From positions 1 through 63,330 of IMG/VR virus record IMGVR_UViG_3300043409_002192: a stretch of 63,330 bases of DNA; one strand, 5' to 3'. Both the position numbers and the translations under genes were made by a program. This document shows positions 35,473 through 45,515 of the stretch, piece by piece. The first letter of the stretch is position 1. Every line of letters begins with the position of its first letter. Below the pieces are notes generated by a model. The model did no database searches and was not told the origin of the DNA. It was given only the letters and a program-made list of their open reading frames with translations. Source of the DNA: a virus (taxonomy: Duplodnaviria; Caudoviricetes).

Positions 35473-36518
35473 AATGGATACCTTTGATTGGTGGTGCGAG
35501 AATGTTCCGCCGGGCCGGGCGCGCTCCTGCCATGATCACGGTGGCCGACGAAGCAGCGCGATATGCCCTCACGGGCATTGCTCCGGGGCAGTTGGTCAGA
35601 CAGCTTTACACTCCATCCCGAGTAGTGGTTAGCGGTGCCGGGATGCAAGAGGTGAATGGGCTCTATGAGCCCCGTGGGCTCTATGGAGGCATAACCTTTT
35701 TCAACAAAGTCGGCTCCCCTACTGATCCGCTGGATAACAGCATTTACGCAGAGAACCTATCTTGGCGCATTATCTACGGTGGGGGGATTACCTATTATTC
35801 CACTGGCGCTCACGCCGATCCTTGGATGGTTGGGGTAATTGAGGGGCAGTGGAATGGTATTGAGGGGGAAAACGGCCCCGAAGGATTACCCGTGCCGGTC
35901 GTTACGGAGGTTCCGATGGCACCCGTAGTGTATCGTCTCAAAGCCCCCAGCACCGCACCCGGAGGGGTGTTCGTTTCTGGCGGGGCAGCCGATGGGATTT
36001 ACGTATTTACAACAGCTGACAGCTATATTAAGCTAGGAACCGAATTCTCGCCTCATGAAATCTATTGGAATGGCCTTAATTGGGTCATTAATTCCTATGG
36101 CGGCAGCACCGTTTACTACAGCAACGATAATGTAGGATCACCTGATTTGGTGCAAAATTGGCTGGATGCCTCGGATAATAATCCGGTAAGCATATCGGTT
36201 ATCAGTGTGACTAAGGGAGAGATGGATGCGGGGCTTACCGTGTCGGGGGCAGGGAGCGGGTTTGTGAACGGCCCGATGCCGAAAAGCGCAAACGTTGAAT
36301 CAGCAAGATACGGCTATGGGTCCGACCGTAGAATTATGCATTTTGGCGGTTTCTGGAATTTAGTTGACGACCAACTAGCTGCAACTGCCTACGTCGCCGA
36401 ATCCGAATCGGCCTTCCCTTGGCCCGGTCTGGGCTGGCTGCTGGTGGATGGCGATGCTCCTGCCCCAGCCGTCAGCCGCAACGACATCGCAGCCCCTGCA
36501 AACTGGGAGATTGTCTAA
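35469..36518 (+). CDS. putative virion/receptor-binding protein with three internal repeats
   Basis: Three V-S-G-(A/G)..(N/D)G...W...Y...P..W repeats. Confidence 0.7.
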   Translation: MKWIPLIGGARMFRRAGRAPAMITVADEAARYALTGIAPGQLVRQLYTPSRVVVSGAGMQEVNGLYEPRGLYGGITFFNKVGSPTDPLDNSIYAENLSWRIIYGGGITYYSTGAHADPWMVGVIEGQWNGIEGENGPEGLPVPVVTEVPMAPVVYRLKAPSTAPGGVFVSGGAADGIYVFTTADSYIKLGTEFSPHEIYWNGLNWVINSYGGSTVYYSNDNVGSPDLVQNWLDASDNNPVSISVISVTKGEMDAGLTVSGAGSGFVNGPMPKSANVESARYGYGSDRRIMHFGGFWNLVDDQLAATAYVAESESAFPWPGLGWLLVDGDAPAPAVSRNDIAAPANWEIV

Positions 36519-36577
36519 TTTGCGACCCAATTTTGCAACCCGACCTATCACCAAACCTCATAACTCGCTGATTCAAA

Positions 36578-36624
36578 GGTGGGCCCGGTCGGACTTGAAC
36601 CGACGACCAAGGGATTATGAGTCC
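36578..36624 (-). other. attP core: 3' half of a tRNA with CAT anticodon (Ile2/Met type)
   Basis: Minus strand GGACTCATAATCCCTTGGTCGTCGGTTCAAGTCCGACCGGGCCCACC: anticodon arm, T arm and 3' acceptor strand; 5' half absent. Confidence 0.85.
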
Positions 36625-36734
36625 TGATGAATCCCCTGATTCCCCGTAAAGTTTCGGGAAAAAGTTTCTGTTCGGGCGTGTTGGTGGCTGATTTTCGGCT
36701 TGTTCTGCGACTCTGATTGCTACCCATGTGAGGT

Positions 36735-36880
36735 ATGGCTACCATCAAAGGACTCTACCGGGATACAAAAGGGAACTGGCGGTATCAGCCAAGCACGAAG
36801 GGGTTACCTAAAGGTGTGGGGAGGCCGGCGGTGATTTGTTTGGGCACCAAGGATGAATCTGAGGCCATGACAGAACTCTG
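36735..36880 (+). pseudogene. probable N-terminal remnant of a tyrosine integrase
   Basis: GLYRDTKGNWRY..ICLGTKDESEA resembles an arm-binding domain; next to attP; no catalytic domain follows. Confidence 0.5.
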
Positions 36881-37119
36881 CCAGTTTTTTGGTGTCCTCC
36901 ATCTGAGTTTTGGTCAGACTGAAAGTGGCTGTGGTGTTCTCCGGGGAGCGTTTTGGTGTATAGATTTTCTGGTTTTTCATGGCTTCTGGGGTTGGTTGTG
37001 TGGGACAGGTAAGGGAGGAAAAAATAATTTCAACTTATTCTTGCATGGATTCCAAGTGCGTGTAAGACATACACCAGTAATTCAAATACACGCGGACAAT
37101 CCACCAACCCGACCCTATC

Positions 37120-37314
37120 ATGGCTGCAAAACGCAAAAACAAAGTTATAAAGCATCCGGCTTCCCGCCGCATGGTGACTCTTTCCATGCCTGAGGACATG
37201 AAGAAACAACTTCTGGCTATCGCCAAAAAACAGCGGCGTTCTCTGTCCAATCTGCTGCAATACATGGTGGCAACCGGGCTTGAGCGCCAATCTGCTGCCC
37301 AATCTGAAGGCTGA
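37120..37314 (+). CDS. ribbon-helix-helix (Arc/CopG-like) regulator
   Basis: VTLSMPEDMKKQLLAIAKKQRRSLSNLL. Confidence 0.8.
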   Translation: MAAKRKNKVIKHPASRRMVTLSMPEDMKKQLLAIAKKQRRSLSNLLQYMVATGLERQSAAQSEG

Positions 37315-37364
37315 TTTTTTTTGATTCTGCATTCCTACACATTTTTACGCTGTCTTACACACCC

Positions 37365-37526
37365 ATGAAAAAGCCAACCTATCAATATCCTCCGTTTCTG
37401 GAAATCCCCAAGCCGCCGCGCCACTTCCGGCTGACTGCCGCTCAAATCATGCTGTGCTTTTTGGCGGGCAGTGCCTGGGGCTGTTTCATCGCTCTCTACT
37501 ATTTTCTGGAAGGAGGGGTGAAGTAG
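37365..37526 (+). CDS. small membrane protein
   Basis: MKKPTYQ..; one hydrophobic segment; stop overlaps the next GTG. Confidence 0.5.
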   Translation: MKKPTYQYPPFLEIPKPPRHFRLTAAQIMLCFLAGSAWGCFIALYYFLEGGVK

Positions 37527-37780
37527 TGGCCACTCCAATTGATGACGGTGGACCGGCTTTTCCCGTGGCAGATTTGGTTTATCCAAACGGCCAAGTAGAG
37601 TTGGGCTCTGGCGGAATGACCCTCCGTGCTTACTTTGCCGGGCAGGCAGTGGCTGGCTTGATGGCAAACACTGATTACGAGGCGGTTTTTGATCCCGATG
37701 ATGCCGCAGAAGTCGCCTATCATTCTCTGAAGGTGGCGGATGCACTTATCGCGCAGCTAAAAGGAAAGGGGGACGAATAA
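37526..37780 (+). CDS. conserved phage protein (DGGPAFP...GMTLRxYFA family)
   Basis: Characteristic motifs; GGAGG upstream of GTG. Confidence 0.8.
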   Translation: MATPIDDGGPAFPVADLVYPNGQVELGSGGMTLRAYFAGQAVAGLMANTDYEAVFDPDDAAEVAYHSLKVADALIAQLKGKGDE

Positions 37781-37782
37781 CC

Positions 37783-38841
37783 ATGGAAGACGCCTTCATT
37801 CTCGCGGCCATCGAAGCCCAGTTCCCGTATTGGGAACGCTCCACCGGAGCCAGTATCAAGGCCACCTATGACGTTCTCGCCGTCGAACGTGAGTTCATTT
37901 TTCCCCTGATGAATCCTGAGTCCACGGGTGAATCAAAGTCCTTCGTGGAAGCTGGCAAGATTGATCTCCTCCTGCGCCACAAGGTCACCGGTTTGGTTTC
38001 CGTCGGTGAGCACAAGACTACCTCAGACACGGATATTTCTCCCTCTGCGGATTATTGGTATGGTCTGAAAATGGACACTCAGGTTTCCAAGTATGTCATC
38101 GCCTCACAAGTGCTGTATCCCGGTTCCGGGATCGGTCCAATCTTCTATGATGTCTGCCGGAAGCCTGGCCAACGTCCGGCCTCGGTGCCTGTCCGGGACG
38201 AAGCTGGTTTGAAAATAGTAAATGATGCGCTCGGAAACCGGGTGAAGACCAAGGACGGAAAGAAATGGCGGGAAACCGGTGATGCAGAACAGGGCTACAC
38301 GCTCCAGACGCGTCCTGAAACGCCAGAGGAATACGGAGTCCGCATCGCTGAAGCCATGGCGGAAGATCCCTCCCGGTATTTTCAAGCGCGGGAAATCCCC
38401 CGGCTGGCTGGTGACTTGGACGAATACCAGAAAGACGCATGGCAACAAAGTCAGCAATTGCTGTATGCCCGGCGGTTCAATCTTTGGCCGCGGAATCCCT
38501 CGCATTGTGACGCCTGGAGCCGGTGCCAGTTCTGGGAACTCTGCGCGGGCATTGTGCCACCGGATTCCAGCCTCTACGCGCCAGTAGAGAAGGCTCATGC
38601 TGAATTAAACATGGCGGGGGAAGTCGAAGGCCGGCAGTTGCTCACAAACTCACGTCTAAAAGCCTTCCGTGCTTGTGGCCGGCTGCATTACCACCTCTAT
38701 GAGAATCCAATCCGGCGGGTGGGCGAGCAGGCTGAAGCTCTGCGCTGGGGCACCCTCTGGCATGAGCGGCTGGAAAACTGGCTGCGTCCGCTGATTGTTC
38801 CTGATACGGAATTGATGGCGATCCAACCTTCACTGTTCTGA
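37783..38841 (+). CDS. PD-(D/E)XK (Cas4/RecB-like) exonuclease
   Basis: AVE..GKIDLL..EHKTT..QVSKY..C..CQFWELC. Confidence 0.85.
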   Translation: MEDAFILAAIEAQFPYWERSTGASIKATYDVLAVEREFIFPLMNPESTGESKSFVEAGKIDLLLRHKVTGLVSVGEHKTTSDTDISPSADYWYGLKMDTQVSKYVIASQVLYPGSGIGPIFYDVCRKPGQRPASVPVRDEAGLKIVNDALGNRVKTKDGKKWRETGDAEQGYTLQTRPETPEEYGVRIAEAMAEDPSRYFQAREIPRLAGDLDEYQKDAWQQSQQLLYARRFNLWPRNPSHCDAWSRCQFWELCAGIVPPDSSLYAPVEKAHAELNMAGEVEGRQLLTNSRLKAFRACGRLHYHLYENPIRRVGEQAEALRWGTLWHERLENWLRPLIVPDTELMAIQPSLF

Positions 38842-39087
38842 ACCCATTTGGATACAGTATGTATCCACCCCATTTCCGGGGCTGTCCCGACTGATTATGC
38901 CCTCAATCTATCAGCGTGCTCCCAGCGCGGCTGCTCCGGAAACAACACCACACCAAAAACTGCCCCGGCTAGAGATACCACTGGCCGGGGCACTCACTCA
39001 AACCATGCCTTACTCTGAATACTCCACATTTGATGCATTGATGATGGTTATTACCGTTTTCATTTTCATCTACATCCTCAAAAACTC

Positions 39088-39417
39088 ATGAATACTTCCG
39101 AACTAATCGAAGCTGTCAGCCAATGGGGCATGGACAAAGGGATCACCGGCCCCAACGGAAAAGGCACCCTCCTAAAGCAACTCTCCAAGACACAGGAGGA
39201 ACTGACGGAAACGCGGGATGCTGCGGTTCTGCACGAAAACAGCTTAATGTATGAGCATTGTGACGCGCTACAGGATGGCATAGGCGACACAACCGTCACT
39301 CTCATTCTTGCCGCCGAACTTGCTGGCCTTAAGTTTGAAGACTGCCTACTCTTCGCCTACGAGCAAATCAAAGACCGCACTGGTCAGATGATTGGTGGCC
39401 AGTTTGTCAAAGATTGA
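39088..39417 (+). CDS. MazG-like nucleotide pyrophosphohydrolase
   Basis: KTQEELTE..DGIGD..CL..AYEQIKDRTGQMIGGQFVK. Confidence 0.88.
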   Translation: MNTSELIEAVSQWGMDKGITGPNGKGTLLKQLSKTQEELTETRDAAVLHENSLMYEHCDALQDGIGDTTVTLILAAELAGLKFEDCLLFAYEQIKDRTGQMIGGQFVKD

Positions 39418-39449
39418 TTTTTACCCCTCCAACCAAAAAAGAAAACATC

Positions 39450-40349
39450 ATGTCTCTGCTTAAACAACTCGGTCCAAAAACCACCACTCTTCCGCCTCGA
39501 GGTGTTATTGCTGGCGTTCCCGGCATCGGGAAAACCACGTTTGTCTGTTCCTCCGTTCGGCCGGCTGTCATCGCCTGTGAAACCGGCCTTGTGGGTCTGG
39601 AGCACGTCCCGCAATTCGAACCCGCTGGCTACAAGGATGTACTCGCGTTTCTTGATGAATGCATCGGCTCTGAAACGGTGCCGTTTGAAACGTTGGCCGT
39701 CGATACGCTGGACGCGCTGGAAGCCATGATTTACCGCGCTGTCATCGAAGAAGCCAACAGCCCGAAAATCAAAGCCATTGAGGACGTAGGCGGCGGATAC
39801 GGCAAAGGCTACATGAGGGGCCGCGAACTCCTTGAAGGCGTTTTACAGCGTCTGGACATCATCAACAAAAAACATCAGGTTGCCATCTGGATCACGTCCC
39901 ATACTTCTGTCAAAACGTCCAAGCAACCGGACGGCCTTGAGTTCAATTACTGGGGGCTGAAGGGCAATGAGAAGTTTAACAATATCGTGCTGGCATGGGC
40001 GGATATGGTGCTGTTTGCAAACTACCGTATGTATCAGTCCGGCGATAAAAAGGACAAAAAGGCGATTGGCGGCGACCGGTATTTGTTCACCGAGAAAACA
40101 CCGCAGTGGGAAGCCAAAAACCGCTATGGGCTGCCTCCTGAAATCCCACTGGACTGGCAGACGTTTGCCAAAGAAATGGCGGCGGTTCACCGACCTACAC
40201 TGGAGGAACGCGCCAAGTCCCTGATTGCCGGATCTGTGCTGCCCAACGAGAAACGGGTGGCGATGATTGCGGAAATCCCCACTCTGACGCCGGATCGTCT
40301 TCGCAAGATGATTGCTTTTCTTCAACTCAACCAAGACGAACTGCCATGA
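39450..40349 (+). CDS. AAA_24 / Sak4-like ATPase
   Basis: GVPGIGKTT, VDTLDALE, GYGKGY, AKNRYGLP. Confidence 0.88.
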   Translation: MSLLKQLGPKTTTLPPRGVIAGVPGIGKTTFVCSSVRPAVIACETGLVGLEHVPQFEPAGYKDVLAFLDECIGSETVPFETLAVDTLDALEAMIYRAVIEEANSPKIKAIEDVGGGYGKGYMRGRELLEGVLQRLDIINKKHQVAIWITSHTSVKTSKQPDGLEFNYWGLKGNEKFNNIVLAWADMVLFANYRMYQSGDKKDKKAIGGDRYLFTEKTPQWEAKNRYGLPPEIPLDWQTFAKEMAAVHRPTLEERAKSLIAGSVLPNEKRVAMIAEIPTLTPDRLRKMIAFLQLNQDELP

Positions 40350-40578
40350 AGATTGTCGTCAGGTCTGAACGTCAGGCTGTCAGTGAAATGACCTGCAAGC
40401 AAGTTCATGGTAAGCACTTGGGAAACCAAGGGAAACCGCCGGAAGTTTTGCTCTGTTGAATGCTGCAACGACTCCAAACGCAAATACATGAAAGGCACGG
40501 TGCTTGGATTTATAGCCCGCGAATGGATCTGATTTACCCCAAACCACACCCAAACCACACCCAAGTCAATACACTACT

Positions 40579-41082
40579 ATGAAATATCTGAAAACCGAAG
40601 GCGAATATAACGCTATTGTTGTGTCCCACGCCAGTAACGGCCTGTTTGAATCCAATAACGGCACCCCCGGAATCCGTCTTGTTCTCGAAGTGAATGACGG
40701 CCCAAATGCCGGTGAACGTGTTTCTTGGACGGGTTGGCTTTCCGAGAAGGCCTTTGAACGCACGGTCAAAACTCTTGACGATGCTTTCGGCTTCTCCGGC
40801 AACTTCGAAGAATTGGTGGAGATGCCTAATCTGTTCATGGAGCAACAGTGCTCGATCGTTACCGAAATGGAAATGGACGATCGGGATGCCAGTAAGGAAC
40901 ACTGCCGCGTGAAGTGGCTCGATCCTATGGGCGGGCGCCGCGGCAATGCGCCTACGCTGGAAAAGAATGCGGCGTCTGCGCTGGCAAAACGCCTTACTGG
41001 CCGCGCTCAGGCGCTCCTGAAATCCGCTTCCATGGGTGGCAGTGCTCCCGCCCGTCCGGCACCGGCTGGATCTGACTACTGA
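40579..41082 (+). CDS. putative single-stranded DNA-binding protein (DUF669-like)
   Basis: Follows the AAA gene; EGEYNA..GTPGIRL..; C-terminal DY tail. Confidence 0.65.
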   Translation: MKYLKTEGEYNAIVVSHASNGLFESNNGTPGIRLVLEVNDGPNAGERVSWTGWLSEKAFERTVKTLDDAFGFSGNFEELVEMPNLFMEQQCSIVTEMEMDDRDASKEHCRVKWLDPMGGRRGNAPTLEKNAASALAKRLTGRAQALLKSASMGGSAPARPAPAGSDY

Positions 41083-41105
41083 ACCCCTCTTTCTTTCTCC
41101 CCGTC

Positions 41106-41309
41106 ATGACAGCAATACATGCTTGGCCCCGCTGGATGCGCCCTGATGTCGCTGAGGCCTACTGTGGAGGTCGCACGAATCTGGAACGCCTGTGCAAGGC
41201 TGGCCTGAAGCCGGTCATCCAGCACAAATCCAACACCACCTATGACAGGGTGCTGGTGGATCAGGCCATGGATCGCGTGGCGCTGTCTGGCGGGGAACGC
41301 GGGAAGTAA
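41106..41309 (+). CDS. excisionase-like HTH protein
   Basis: PRWMRPDVAEAYCG..YDRVLVDQAMD. Confidence 0.7.
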   Translation: MTAIHAWPRWMRPDVAEAYCGGRTNLERLCKAGLKPVIQHKSNTTYDRVLVDQAMDRVALSGGERGK

Positions 41310-41323
41310 CTTTTTGCAAAGCC

Positions 41324-42742
41324 ATGGCTGATAACACAAAAATTGGCATGATCCTGCGCGGTTACCAAGAAAACGCGCTGGATGCTCTGGCCGAGGGGCA
41401 GCGCCGGATGTTCTCCCGCCAGTTGGTGTTCCTGCCGACTGGCGGGGGGAAGACGGTGGTGTTCATGGAGCACGCCCGGCGGGCGCTGGAAGCCGGGAAG
41501 TCCGTGTTGGTCCTGGCTCATCGGGAAGACCTTGTGATGCAGGCGGCAGAGAAGGCGCGGCAGTTGGGGATGGTGCCACAAATTGAGATGGCCTCCTTGA
41601 CGGCATCGCCGGATGCACGGTTGGTGGTGGCATCGGTCGCCAGTTTGTGGGGGCAGCGGATTCGGCTGCACCGGCAGTTTGATTTGATCATTGTCGATGA
41701 GGCGCATCACAGCTTGGCCCCGAAATGGAAACAGTTCTTGGAATCCCTCAGCCCTGATTTCTCGGCGCAGTATGTCGGGGTGACGGCTACCCCCTTCCGG
41801 CATGACCGGAAGAAACTGACGGATTGGTGGGAGCGGGTGGCCTTTGAAATCAGTCTGGGGGAATTGATTGCGCAGGGGTTTCTGTGCAACATCATGGTAT
41901 CGTGCCTGCCGCTCTCGGTGAATCTGCCGGCGGTAAAGGGGGAGATGCCACCGGAACAGGCGGATGCGCTGATCACGCCGATTCTGAGGGAGATTGCCCG
42001 GGAGGTGGTGAAGGCCACGGCGGACCGGAAGGCGGTGGTGGTGTTTCTGCCGCTCATTGAGACATCCAAGCGGTTTGCTGCCATGCTGGCGGAATTTGGA
42101 GTGCCTGCCGCGCATGTGGACGGCACAATGGACCGGACCGAAATCATGAAGGATTTCAGGGAGGGACGAATCCGGTATCTATGCAATGCTGCGGTGCTGA
42201 CTGAGGGCTGGGATGAGCCGGTGGTGGATTGCGTGGTGCCTCTGCGGCCGATCAAGAGCACATCGCTCTATCATCAGATCGTGGGACGTGGCACCCGGCT
42301 GGCAGAGGGGAAAAAGGACATGCTTTTATTGGATCTGCTCTGGCAGACCAAACAGCATTATGCGAGGGCAGGCACCATTTTTTCCGATGATCCGGAACTG
42401 GCATATGAGGCAGCCCGGCAGTCCCAAGGGAAACGATTGAATCTGCAAGAACTGACGACAGCCACCCAGAACGCGCTGCGGATTGCGCGGGAGGCCAGCT
42501 TGGCGAGGAAGATCAAGGCGGAGGAGCGGCGGAAAAATTACACCGTGTCACTGGCGGCATTTTGCGCACAGAACAAGGTGGCGGTAATTGCCACGGTAGA
42601 CGGGCCGATGGCGACGGAAAAGCAATTGGCAATCCTGAAGCGGTTCCATGTGGCGATTCCGCCTACTGGAATCTCCAAGGCTGCGGCTACTACGATGATC
42701 GGTGCAAAATTCAGCCGGAAGAAATTTTATGGACGAAGATAA
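41324..42742 (+). CDS. SF2 DEAD/DEAH-box helicase
   Basis: LPTGGGKT, DEAHH, TATP, LTEGWD, QIVGRGTR. Confidence 0.93.
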   Translation: MADNTKIGMILRGYQENALDALAEGQRRMFSRQLVFLPTGGGKTVVFMEHARRALEAGKSVLVLAHREDLVMQAAEKARQLGMVPQIEMASLTASPDARLVVASVASLWGQRIRLHRQFDLIIVDEAHHSLAPKWKQFLESLSPDFSAQYVGVTATPFRHDRKKLTDWWERVAFEISLGELIAQGFLCNIMVSCLPLSVNLPAVKGEMPPEQADALITPILREIAREVVKATADRKAVVVFLPLIETSKRFAAMLAEFGVPAAHVDGTMDRTEIMKDFREGRIRYLCNAAVLTEGWDEPVVDCVVPLRPIKSTSLYHQIVGRGTRLAEGKKDMLLLDLLWQTKQHYARAGTIFSDDPELAYEAARQSQGKRLNLQELTTATQNALRIAREASLARKIKAEERRKNYTVSLAAFCAQNKVAVIATVDGPMATEKQLAILKRFHVAIPPTGISKAAATTMIGAKFSRKKFYGRR

Positions 42743-43073
42743 CAAAAAACGGGTGGCAGCCCTCCAATCCTGCCTTTTGCGGATTCACCGGCGCGGAAAA
42801 AATCCCGTTGGACTCACCTCTGGGCAAACCGTGATTCTGACGCTTCTATTTATAAAAGGCGAGGCCATGCGGAATATGGATTTGCAGACCGAGGGGGGCT
42901 TGCATCGAAACTCCGTCAATGGCACTGTCATTTCTCTGGAAAGTCATGGTTTCATCAAGTGTTACAAAGCCATGGGTCCCGGCGAAGTGTTGCGCAGATA
43001 CACGTATGCCAAGCTGACTGATAGAGGTCGGGATTACCTGCTTCACATGATTTCACCCACACAATCCCCGTAA
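42729..43073 (+). CDS. winged-helix (MarR-like) protein
   Basis: LTSGQTVIL..LESHGFI..LTDRGR. Confidence 0.7.
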   Translation: MDEDNKKRVAALQSCLLRIHRRGKNPVGLTSGQTVILTLLFIKGEAMRNMDLQTEGGLHRNSVNGTVISLESHGFIKCYKAMGPGEVLRRYTYAKLTDRGRDYLLHMISPTQSP

Positions 43074-43156
43074 TGGGAACACGCTGGGTGCCGGGCGAAA
43101 CCGTGGCACGATTCCTCCTCATGTTCCGCCTCCTCATTTCATTCTCTCTGCTTTGC

Positions 43157-45292
43157 ATGTCCGATCTCACTGCTGATCTTTCCCGCGCCCGTGCCCTGAT
43201 GCCTATTGAAGGCGTGATGCGTCGGCTTGGTATTGAGGTCCCTCCGCGTCATGGCAAGCTCATCATGTCACCTTTCCGCGTGACCGATAAGCCGCACTTC
43301 ACGGTGCGGGCGATGCCGAATGGACGCATCAAAGCGATGGACGAAGCGACAGGCGAGACATGGGATGAGATTGACTTAATTGAGAAAATCAAAGGGCTTC
43401 CCCCGGCGGAAGCGATTCAGGAATATCTGGTGATGGCGGGAGTAAAGCGGGAGGAACGGTCGTCCAGCAGAGAGAGGCCGGCGCAGCTCCCGCCATCACC
43501 TGATGTTCCTGAATCGGTAACAAAAGGCCCGCTTGCTCAGGCGCTGGCGTCCATTGGGAGCGCCTTGGCTTCCGCAAAAGGGAAGCCAGCTGTCGAGGTG
43601 GATTTCGACTGGGACGCATGTCTTGCGGGAATGACACTGGAGAAACGGCAGGAATTGGCGGTGTGGCGGGGCTGGCCGGTGGAGTTTGTGGATTGGTTGG
43701 TGGGGGAACGGTTGGTGGGCTTGCATCAGGGGAAGTGGGCAATACCTGTGTACCGGGGTGAGAAATGCATTGGGGCACATCTGCGCACCGACGATGGCGC
43801 ATGGATTTATACCAAAGGGGCTAAGGCGTTGCCTCTGATTTGGGGCGAAGGAAATAGCATGGTGATGGCATTTGAAAGCCAATGGGACGCTTACACTGCT
43901 TTGCTGGTATTGGATACGCACAGGCAAGCCGCTATGCGGCATGAGGTTAAAATCTGCGTTACGCGTGGGGCGGCAAATGCTGAAAAGCTGGGAGCCTATT
44001 TTTTTGAAGGACAAAGCGTTGGGTTCGAGCAGAACGATCCGCCCTTGGAGCCCGGCGAGGCATTGGAAGGAAACTGGTTGTGGAAGGATAAGTTGGCAAA
44101 AGCGTGGCCAGGGGTTGAATGGGCTAGTCCGCCGAAGCAATACAAAGACCTGAATGATTGGCGGAGGGCCGAGGGGGATCGCATGATGCAAAGTGCCAAG
44201 GAGGCTATTCTCTGTCCACGGTCCGAACGTCGGAGCACCATGAGTGTGCATTCCTTGGAAGAAGTGGATGCGATGGAAAATGATCCGCCGGGCGCATGGC
44301 TGGAAGATGAGGTGATTTCCCAAGGTGAACCGGTGTCCATCCTTGGGGAGGGTGGTTTGGGTAAGTCGCGCTGGACGCTGCAATTGATTGCGCATCTGAT
44401 CTTACAGAAAGATTTCTGTGGGCTCAAAGTGCATCAGGCGGCCTACGGTCGGCGGTGGTTGATTTTGCAGGGGGAGAACCGTAAACGCCGCATCAAACAA
44501 GACATTGATTCACTGAAAAAAAACTTGGAAAGGTCGGAGTTTGATTTCGTGAAATCACGGATTTTTATCACGACGCTGCTCAAGCCGGAGGATTTTGATT
44601 TAGACATGACGTCTCCGGAACGGGCCGCGGAAATTCAGCAGGTCATCAATGACTTCAAGCCGGATGCGGTGGTAGTGGACCCGCTGGGGGATTTTACCTC
44701 CGCTGATATGAATGCGGATGAGCACATGAAAAAGGTGGCGGATAACATTATCACTGCCGTGAGAGCCGGGAATTCGAAGCGGGTGATTGTGTTTGTCCAC
44801 CACGCCTTGACCGGCAAGGATGGCGCGGCAAAGGCAGTGGGCTGGGATGCCGCGTCGTTTGGCCGTGGCTCGAAGGCGCTGCATGGCAAGGTGCGCTCGC
44901 AAATCAATCTGGCGCGGGTGGATCCTGAGGACGATTCCCGGATTCTGGTTGCCTGCGGGAAGAACAATAACGGACGGAAGTTTCCGCCGATTGGGGTCGT
45001 CCTGACAGAAGCGGGGCTTTATGAGCGGGATCCTGATTTTGACCTGGAAATCTGGAAGGAGGAAATGTCGGGGACGAAGGAGAAGAAGACAGCGGAGTTC
45101 AGGGTTCCGATTGGCGCAATCTATGGAGTGACTGGGCGCGATGGCATCTCCCAAGCGGCCTTGGAAAAGAGACTCTTTGAGGAATACGGGGGCACAAAGG
45201 CGGCCATGCGCCGGATAGTGGAGGAGGCGAAGAAGCGGAATGAGCTGAAGTGTTTCCGGGTGGGGCAAATCTATCACGTCAAGCCCACCTGA
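43157..45292 (+). CDS. primase-helicase (Toprim-like + RepA/AAA_25 helicase)
   Basis: FESQWDA, YKDLNDW, GEGGLGKS, VVVDPL, FVHH, GRGS; alternative start 43073. Confidence 0.85.
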   Translation: MSDLTADLSRARALMPIEGVMRRLGIEVPPRHGKLIMSPFRVTDKPHFTVRAMPNGRIKAMDEATGETWDEIDLIEKIKGLPPAEAIQEYLVMAGVKREERSSSRERPAQLPPSPDVPESVTKGPLAQALASIGSALASAKGKPAVEVDFDWDACLAGMTLEKRQELAVWRGWPVEFVDWLVGERLVGLHQGKWAIPVYRGEKCIGAHLRTDDGAWIYTKGAKALPLIWGEGNSMVMAFESQWDAYTALLVLDTHRQAAMRHEVKICVTRGAANAEKLGAYFFEGQSVGFEQNDPPLEPGEALEGNWLWKDKLAKAWPGVEWASPPKQYKDLNDWRRAEGDRMMQSAKEAILCPRSERRSTMSVHSLEEVDAMENDPPGAWLEDEVISQGEPVSILGEGGLGKSRWTLQLIAHLILQKDFCGLKVHQAAYGRRWLILQGENRKRRIKQDIDSLKKNLERSEFDFVKSRIFITTLLKPEDFDLDMTSPERAAEIQQVINDFKPDAVVVDPLGDFTSADMNADEHMKKVADNIITAVRAGNSKRVIVFVHHALTGKDGAAKAVGWDAASFGRGSKALHGKVRSQINLARVDPEDDSRILVACGKNNNGRKFPPIGVVLTEAGLYERDPDFDLEIWKEEMSGTKEKKTAEFRVPIGAIYGVTGRDGISQAALEKRLFEEYGGTKAAMRRIVEEAKKRNELKCFRVGQIYHVKPT

Positions 45293-45302
45293 CCCATCGC
45301 CA

Positions 45303-45515
45303 GTGGCTATGCGGGCTGCTTGGAGTCGAATACTCGGAGGATCTGGCGTGGAGGCTCAACCCGGCGTTCACGGCGTGGCTGATGGGATGGCACCCGCTCT
45401 GGACTTCGCTGATACCTATCTTGCCACCCGGGCCGATCAACTCCGCATCGCCGGAAACGGCGTCTGCCCCCAGCAAGCCGCATGGGCCTACCATCAACTC
45501 CTGAACCGGCTTTAA
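45303..45515 (+). pseudogene. C-terminal remnant of a C5-cytosine DNA methyltransferase
   Basis: GVADGMA..RADQLRIAGNGVCPQQAA (motif X); another frame gives RLNPAFTAWLMGW; catalytic N-terminus absent. Confidence 0.7.

Noticed and set aside
36578-36624. Functional tRNA gene
   Set aside because: D arm and 5' acceptor strand are missing; fits an attP core
36880-37193. C-terminal part of the 152-aa ORF as real protein
   Set aside because: Runs through T-rich, promoter-like sequence and overlaps the RHH gene; likely read-through after truncation
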